Virus record (IMG/VR): IMGVR_UViG_3300029305_004468
DNA from: a virus
Taxonomy: Duplodnaviria; Heunggongvirae; Uroviricota; Caudoviricetes
DNA: 13,151 nt
Direction: 5' to 3' (one strand)
Positions 7,683-13,151 of this stretch are shown piece by piece. The position numbers and the translations under genes are program-made. The stretch's first letter is position 1; every line of letters begins with the position of its first letter. A model generated the notes under the pieces. That model had not been told where the DNA came from. It worked only from the letters and a program-made list of their open reading frames with translations, and ran no database searches.

Positions 7683-8465
7683 TTAATCTCCTTTATTTGT
7701 GTGGGTTTTAATATATTTAACATACGCTCGAGCGCCGTATTCCAATTCAGCCTTGTAATCTGGAGAATTCTGAAGCACATAAATCGTATCTAAATTTAAA
7801 AATGCTTCTAATCCGGCGACACTGGTTCTCATAGCATTAAGTTTTCTAGTTTTTATAAGAGACAATTCTTCTTCGAGACGTGTCAGTGAATTAATCGCAG
7901 TGGGTTTAGACGTTGCCGCAGCTTCTGCAAGTTTATTTTGGCTAAAATGCCAATACATAGGATGATCTTCTATCGTCTGAGATTTTCCTCTTTGGTTAAT
8001 ATGTGATTTGATGAACAGATACAAAAACAAATCGAGGACTCTGTTTGAACTGTCAGTATCGACTATAAGTTTTCTATATTCATTAACTTCAAGCTTTGTA
8101 AATGTCTCTGCTAAAATTGGTGTGCCGTTAGATTTGTATTTTTCAATAGGAATTCCGGCGTATAGATTTCGAATTGTAAATACTTGGTTAAATCTAAATT
8201 CTTCGAGCTGTCCTTCTGGCAACTTTATATATTCTTTTTCTTCGAGCCATTTTAAAGCTGCAATAATATCTTTCATACGATTTGATTCTTTCCATGTGGT
8301 GCGATACTTATTGCCGCTGGCTTCAAGCAGCTCACCAAGAGTAATTCGTATTTCATCTAGAAGGCAATTATGTGTCATTATATATACGAAACAAAAGAGA
8401 ATAGCCTTCTTATTTTCGCTCTGATTAGTAAAAAAACTGTCTGGAACTGTTATGTATTTTGACAA
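7683..8465 (-). CDS. Winged-helix DNA-binding protein, possibly replication-initiator-like (two HTH-like segments)
   Basis: ITLGELLEASG..MKDIIAALKWLEEKEYI and FSQNKLAEAAATSKPTAINSLTRLEEELSLI look like wHTH units; SD AAGGAG, TTG start. Function is inferred. Confidence 0.6.
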   Translation of the reverse strand: MSKYITVPDSFFTNQSENKKAILFCFVYIMTHNCLLDEIRITLGELLEASGNKYRTTWKESNRMKDIIAALKWLEEKEYIKLPEGQLEEFRFNQVFTIRNLYAGIPIEKYKSNGTPILAETFTKLEVNEYRKLIVDTDSSNRVLDLFLYLFIKSHINQRGKSQTIEDHPMYWHFSQNKLAEAAATSKPTAINSLTRLEEELSLIKTRKLNAMRTSVAGLEAFLNLDTIYVLQNSPDYKAELEYGARAYVKYIKTHTNKGD

Positions 8466-8912
8466 AAATTATGATCTCCTTTCTGGTATGGAAGTAAAGA
8501 AAACATATTAAAAACATACTACTGTTGAAAAAATAGAGGTATAAAATACTACATAAAACATTTGCAAACCTGTCACATATAATATATAACCCTCTTAATA
8601 TAATATATATATTCTTTAGTGGGCATCTGTGGCACGCCTTGCTTTGCCCCAGAGCCCAGTTCGTTCTCTGAGGAACGAAAGGTCTTTTCCTTTTCTCTTA
8701 ACTGCAGTCTGTTTTGTTTTCCGTCGTTATCAAGAGGCCTTTCTACTTTTCCAAGTGCTTTTTCTCGTCCTGTTCTTTTTTGTCGAAAAAGAGGGTAGGG
8801 AGTCGGCTTCTCAGACCCTGGCTGGGAGCCTGAGCGCTCCGTACAGCGAGTTTCAGATGCAAGTCAAGTAAGTCTTTGGTCTGGGGTTTTGGCTCGCTCT
8901 AAGGTGCTGTTC

Positions 8913-9698
8913 TCAGCACGTTGTTGGCGGCAAAGCCGGCTTGGGTTTTACGGTAAGTCCAAGTTCTATAAACGCGTCGCGTAAGATATCCATAAAAGCG
9001 TCTCTTACTTTCCTTTCTGAGTAGATGAACTCCAGCGTAGACATATCGAGCAGTTTGCGGGCTCCTTCTTTATCGTCCTCTGCAAGTCTTGCGCTGACTC
9101 TGGTATCTTTGATATCGCTGATGCTAAATCCGTGTGCGTCTGTAAAGATGCGGTAGAGACGGCATAGTACTGCGGCGGTATCTTTAAGTTCGAGCTTATC
9201 TCGCAGTGTTTCGAGCGGCTTATTTATGCTCTGGGCCCATTCCCAGTATGTACCTACTTCAAGTATTTTACGTATTGAGCGGCGGTAGAAACCAGCTGGG
9301 CGTTCTTCGTATTGCTGTGGTGCCGCATTTTGAGCCTCTTCTACAGCCTTTTGTCCAAGTAGGAAGTAGGATGTCACAAGAGTGTCTTGTATTTGCCATG
9401 CTAAGTCGTCAGTGAATGATTTTACAAGCAATAAATATCCACGCTGCGTGATAAGATAAACCTTTTCCGGTAATCCGCCTTGTGGTCTTTCAAAACCAAG
9501 AGTGCGCATCTCAGACGGCTCAGAAATCAAATAGAAATGTGTGTCTTTTAAAAATCTTTCTTTGTTAGCGTTGAAATTTCTTCGCGCGGTTCCTTCCGGT
9601 CTCCGATGTACTTCATCAATTTCTCTCAGCGTAATAACGCGCTGTCCGTTATATTCTCTGATAGGGAGTTCATATCCCTGTACTGTTAATGTTTGCAT
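8913..9698 (-). CDS. ORF6N-domain phage protein (antirepressor-like DNA-binding protein)
   Basis: REYNGQRVITLREIDEVHRRPEGTARRNFNANKERF...YLITQRGYLLLVKSFTDDLAWQIQDTLVTSYF matches the ORF6N pattern; SD AAAAGGAG. Confidence 0.85.
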   Translation of the reverse strand: MQTLTVQGYELPIREYNGQRVITLREIDEVHRRPEGTARRNFNANKERFLKDTHFYLISEPSEMRTLGFERPQGGLPEKVYLITQRGYLLLVKSFTDDLAWQIQDTLVTSYFLLGQKAVEEAQNAAPQQYEERPAGFYRRSIRKILEVGTYWEWAQSINKPLETLRDKLELKDTAAVLCRLYRIFTDAHGFSISDIKDTRVSARLAEDDKEGARKLLDMSTLEFIYSERKVRDAFMDILRDAFIELGLTVKPKPALPPTTC

Positions 9699-9809
9699 AA
9701 TCTCTAAATCTCCTTTTCTCGGGCGCCTTATTTTTCCGCCCCGTGTTTCTGCAGTAGTTGTTTTATTGTTGACTTATACCAGTGCTCGGCTCTGTTGGTC
9801 GCTCGTTCA

Positions 9810-10064
9810 TTATCTGTTACCCTCTAAAAACGCAAGTAAATCTGACACTGTAGGCATGCTCACGTCATCTTCCACTGTGAATTTCAATGAAGCTATAGCG
9901 TCTGTTGTAAGTGTAGAAAAAATGTTGTGAGAAATCATAATATGTTTGATATCGTCATAGTTAAGGTAGTATTCGTCGTCTTCTAAGTAAAGACTTTCAG
10001 GAATCTGCTCTATAGAACCTATACCGGGTAATCTGAAAGTGAAAACATTATTGTTAGTTGGCAT
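9810..10064 (-). CDS. Array member 6: hypothetical protein with the shared C-terminal motif (VSMPTVSDLLAFLEG)
   Basis: 84 aa, SD GGAGAGG inside the end of the upstream gene. Confidence 0.85.
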   Translation of the reverse strand: MPTNNNVFTFRLPGIGSIEQIPESLYLEDDEYYLNYDDIKHIMISHNIFSTLTTDAIASLKFTVEDDVSMPTVSDLLAFLEGNR

Positions 10065-10065
10065 A

Positions 10066-10308
10066 TTATTTTTCCTCTCCGTTTAAGAATTTCAGCAATT
10101 CTGCGGGTTCCGGCATTTTCAATGACTCGGACTTTTTCGCGGGCTTTTTAAAAGATGAGCCAAATAGAGCTTCGGCGGCGCTGTAATCTATTGTAAAAGC
10201 TGTTTCTCCTAGTGTCGTATAGCCCGATCTGGGTCTTCTAAACGTGTATTCATACGTGCCCCCTGAAGGTGTGGCGAAAGTTGTAGTGTATAGTGTATAT
10301 GGTGTCAT
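10066..10308 (-). CDS. Array member 5: hypothetical protein with the shared C-terminal motif (LKMPEPAELLKFLNG)
   Basis: 80 aa, TAATG overlap, SD AAAGGAG. Confidence 0.85.
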   Translation of the reverse strand: MTPYTLYTTTFATPSGGTYEYTFRRPRSGYTTLGETAFTIDYSAAEALFGSSFKKPAKKSESLKMPEPAELLKFLNGEEK

Positions 10309-10733
10309 TATTTATCTCCTTTGTTTAAAAAATTTAGCAATTCTGTTTCTGACGGCATTTTTACCTTGTTGTGATCAATGTCCTGGACTATTTGCATGAC
10401 TGTTTTGCTGAAAGTTTTAAAATCATCAATAGTCAAAGTAATCATATCGCTGCGAGGAACTCTGTGGGCTTTTATACGAGTCATATTTTCAAAAGACCAT
10501 CGATTGTCTTTTGCAATTCTTAAGAATTGTTCAAACACAGCTACAGCATTTTCATATTTCATAATGCCGATTTTTTCTACTTGAAATATGACTTTATAAT
10601 CGTCTATGTTTTTAGTGACATGACCACCAAATGGGGCATAGAGCAGTAGTTCTTTGCCAGCTATTCGATTTATTATGGTAACTGCCAAGCTTATTAGGCG
10701 AACAGGTGTTTCTTTCAGTGTTTTCATTTTCAT
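10308..10733 (-). CDS. Array member 4: hypothetical protein with the shared C-terminal motif (VKMPSETELLNFLNKG)
   Basis: 141 aa, ATGA overlap with the upstream gene. Confidence 0.85.
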   Translation of the reverse strand: MKMKTLKETPVRLISLAVTIINRIAGKELLLYAPFGGHVTKNIDDYKVIFQVEKIGIMKYENAVAVFEQFLRIAKDNRWSFENMTRIKAHRVPRSDMITLTIDDFKTFSKTVMQIVQDIDHNKVKMPSETELLNFLNKGDK

Positions 10734-11098
10734 TTGCTGACCTCGCGTGTTGTGATGCCGTAGTTAAGAAAGTCCAGCAGTTCGGAGCGGGTCGGTATCT
10801 TTACTGAAGATAAGTGATAATATATAAGTCCCTCGCGGGCAATCTGTTTGAGGAATTTATGCACGTTTACGATGCTGTATCGTATAAAGCGAAGATCTCC
10901 TTCTCGCTCTTCGATGCAAATTCCCCACTGCGTTAAATTTGCCATACTGGTTGGCAGTGGCTCCATGTTTGCGAAGCTTTTACTTATCTCATAAGCTACT
11001 GCCTCGTCGATATCACAGGCAGGCCAGTTAATGTAGACGTGTATATAATTACCGTCTACAATGTCTTTACGTATGAGAAATGTTGTCGGTTGGTTCAT
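10730..11098 (-). CDS. Array member 3: hypothetical protein with the shared C-terminal motif (VKIPTRSELLDFLNYG)
   Basis: 122 aa, ATGA overlap, SD AAGGAG. Confidence 0.85.
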   Translation of the reverse strand: MNQPTTFLIRKDIVDGNYIHVYINWPACDIDEAVAYEISKSFANMEPLPTSMANLTQWGICIEEREGDLRFIRYSIVNVHKFLKQIAREGLIYYHLSSVKIPTRSELLDFLNYGITTREVSK

Positions 11099-11466
11099 AT
11101 ATTGGTCTCCTTGTTTAAAAAGTCTAATAATTGTATAGGGGACGGCAATTCAATATTTGGCCCAATGTCCCATTTGTGGTTCGTCTGCATTTTATATATG
11201 AAATAATCGGCATCTTCGATTCTGAAAAATATATCGCATTGATTTCCCGTCTTATGTGTACCAAGAAGTCTAATACCGTCCAGTTCAGAAATTCCATCGC
11301 TTATCCATATTGAGAAATTGCCAAAATTAAAATTGAAAAAATTAGATATTAAATTACGAAATTCATCCGTATTGTATTTCCAATCATAAAAGAAATGATA
11401 GTGTTTGCCATAACGAAGCGTATGAATGTGCATGCATGTTTCTGAAGGTTTAGTTTTGTATATCAT
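11095..11466 (-). CDS. Array member 2: hypothetical protein with the shared C-terminal motif (IELPSPIQLLDFLNK)
   Basis: 123 aa, 17-nt overlap with the upstream gene, SD AAAGGAG. Confidence 0.85.
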   Translation of the reverse strand: MIYKTKPSETCMHIHTLRYGKHYHFFYDWKYNTDEFRNLISNFFNFNFGNFSIWISDGISELDGIRLLGTHKTGNQCDIFFRIEDADYFIYKMQTNHKWDIGPNIELPSPIQLLDFLNKETNI

Positions 11467-11821
11467 TAATTTCTCCTTTGTTTAAAAAATCTAGTAACTG
11501 GTCTGGGGTCGGCAGAGTTATATCAGAGATGTGAAGAGGCGGTATTGATAATCTTTCGATAAGCAGGTCAGGTTTTAACACATCTAAGATTATTTCGCCG
11601 CCAAAATTAGAGCTAACAAGTCTCAACCCCCACTTTGAAAGATCTCTGCGAAAAGGAAGTTCATTCAAATTGGCAAACTTTTTGGTTACAAATGTTAAAA
11701 AGCCTTCTAGGTACATTCTTGATTTTGTATCTTTGAAAGTGGATATTGTGGGCCAGTATAGAACTATTCGCATGTCATGACGCGGTGCCCATGTATATAG
11801 TGTTTGATTTCTATCTGTCAT
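11450..11821 (-). CDS. Array member 1: hypothetical protein with the shared C-terminal motif (ITLPTPDQLLDFLNKG)
   Basis: 123 aa, SD GGGGGT, 11 nt after the recombinase stop. Confidence 0.85.
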   Translation of the reverse strand: MTDRNQTLYTWAPRHDMRIVLYWPTISTFKDTKSRMYLEGFLTFVTKKFANLNELPFRRDLSKWGLRLVSSNFGGEIILDVLKPDLLIERLSIPPLHISDITLPTPDQLLDFLNKGEINDIQN

Positions 11822-11832
11822 TTAATTACCCC

Positions 11833-12558
11833 CTATAAGACCGCCTGAGCTAAGTCCGCCCTGTAGTGGTCGATTACATCCTGCGTCTGGCCGCAATAAG
11901 CTAGCGTAGTCTTAAAGTCGTTGTGATTCAGCATTTTCTGCAGGGCAAATTTGACGTCGTCGTCATTAGGGTTACGCTGCAGGAGCTGATATGCAAATGT
12001 TTTTCGCAGTGAGTGAGTGCTGATGTGGCCCGGAACATTGCAGGCCTTAGATGCGTCTTTAAGAATAGTAGTAAGTTGCTGGAGAGTTAATGATTTGCGG
12101 TTGCCGTCCTTGTTGCGCTTTTGACTGGCAAACAATGGATCGTCGAGGCTGTATTCCGGCAGTGTGTCCAGATAGTCCTTAAGAAGCTGCTGTATTTCCG
12201 GTGTTAGTGCCGGATTATTGAATTTGCGCGTCTTTGCCTCAATAAGGTCGCAGTGTGACTTGAATGTGCCGTCCGGCTTAAGTACGTGATGTATGCGCAG
12301 GTTAAGCAGGTCGCTGGCTCTGAGGCCGAACAGAATACCCACAGTAAAGAGGGTATAGTTTCTGAGACTGCCTTTAGATAGGTAGTATTCCTGCATGGCG
12401 CGTATATGGGCAGGGTCTCTAATCGGGTCTGCCGCGGTCGCTTTCGGAACTCCGTTTGATTTGTATAGGCTGGTAGAGCGGCGCTGCTCTGGCGCGCGAA
12501 AGTCTACTTCTATAATATTGTTTGGCACGATTAATGCCTGTGCTAGGTTGTTTTTCAT
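11833..12558 (-). CDS. Tyrosine recombinase, essentially catalytic domain only (241 aa)
   Basis: Catalytic residues all present: GLRASDL (R), EAKTRK (K), THSLRKT (HxxR), MLNH (H), TTLAY (Y); N-terminal DPIRD motif; SD AAAGGGGAG. Confidence 0.93.
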   Translation of the reverse strand: MKNNLAQALIVPNNIIEVDFRAPEQRRSTSLYKSNGVPKATAADPIRDPAHIRAMQEYYLSKGSLRNYTLFTVGILFGLRASDLLNLRIHHVLKPDGTFKSHCDLIEAKTRKFNNPALTPEIQQLLKDYLDTLPEYSLDDPLFASQKRNKDGNRKSLTLQQLTTILKDASKACNVPGHISTHSLRKTFAYQLLQRNPNDDDVKFALQKMLNHNDFKTTLAYCGQTQDVIDHYRADLAQAVL

Positions 12559-12620
12559 AATCTCTTTTCTCCCTTTATGTAGTGAGTAACAACAGTGCTT
12601 TTACCCCTTGATGTAGTCTT

Positions 12621-12629
12621 ATTATACCA
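12621..12629 (-). promoter_or_regulatory. Extended -10 promoter (TGnTATAAT) for the recombinase/array operon
   Basis: TGGTATAAT about 60 nt upstream of the recombinase ATG; no good -35 at 17 bp. Confidence 0.55.
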
Positions 12630-13078
12630 TATAAAAAGGCACAAAACCCCCGAAAGAAAGAAAAATTTTAAGAAATTTTAAAGGAATTTTAAATCAGGAG
12701 AATTCAGCGGATCATGCGAAGGAAAATTTTAAGTTTTTAATTTTGGACGTTTTTTCGATGGAAATTTTGAGGCTGGAATATATTGAAATTTGTGGGTTTT
12801 GCCGAAAATTTGCTCCGAAAGGAAAATGGCTAATTTTCAACGGTTCGGGGCTGAAAATGGGGGCTGTTATATTTTGGGATAGACTATCCGGTTTTCAGCT
12901 CCTTTAAAAGTTGGAAAAATCTGTAAATACCCCGTACCATAGGGAAAAATTTGATATAACGGAAAAACTTCAGATTTACAGAAATTTCCAAATACAGAAA
13001 AAATGGAAATGATTGACAATTGATAATACGGGGGAATTAAAAAAGTGTATTTATTGTTTGATTTCCCGTTTTTTTCAT

Positions 13079-13108
13079 TTGACATTATAAAATCGGTTGT
13101 TCTAAAAT
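13079..13108 (+). promoter_or_regulatory. Possible sigmaA-type promoter pointing rightwards
   Basis: TTGACA (13079-13084), 18-bp spacer, TAAAAT (13103-13108); no target gene inside the window. Confidence 0.4.
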
Positions 13109-13151
13109 ATAATTGACGGTACGCCGTTTACAGTTATTACCATTTGTAAGA

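Noticed and set aside
7095-7694. 15-nt direct repeat CTTTTAATCTCCTTT at 7095-7109 and 7680-7694
   Set aside because: Essentially an SD plus A-rich spacer; convergence is a sufficient explanation.
8008-8424. 138-aa plus-strand ORF, and the other plus-strand ORFs lying opposite minus-strand genes
   Set aside because: Antisense to well-supported genes, with Ser/Phe/Ile-rich shadow composition.
8629-8871. 80-aa plus-strand ORF in the intergenic gap
   Set aside because: No SD, opposite to the uniform gene orientation, and low-complexity Phe/Leu run from a pyrimidine tract.
9810-11821. CRISPR array or classical integron interpretation of the repeated units
   Set aside because: Units are coding and of unequal length, DNA identity is short, and no attC-like inverted repeats or integron-integrase insertion were seen.
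12867-13085. 72-aa minus-strand ORF
   Set aside because: No convincing SD; lies in an AT-rich regulatory region with low-complexity translation.

Overview
Window from a large SPbeta-like temperate phage or prophage, probably of a Firmicute (inferred from gene content and SD style). Every supported gene is on the minus strand. In transcription order (right to left): AT-rich control region; short tyrosine recombinase; a translationally coupled array of six small proteins; an ORF6N protein; a winged-helix protein; three small hypotheticals; a YonO-like single-subunit RNA polymerase; a structured leader; a small gene; a metallophosphoesterase; HU; three tRNAs (Asn, Leu, CAU) with structured spacers; tandem terminators; and the start of a CxxC protein. 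The polymerase is split by a 932-nt group I intron that carries an HNH-type homing endonuclease. The most striking unexplained feature is the six-gene array, whose members are divergent but all end in the same ungapped motif [VIL]x[MIL]P[TSE]xx[EDQ]LLxFL[NE]. Several genes, including the polymerase, appear to start at ATT or ATA. All family calls come from motif recognition by eye; no database searches were run.
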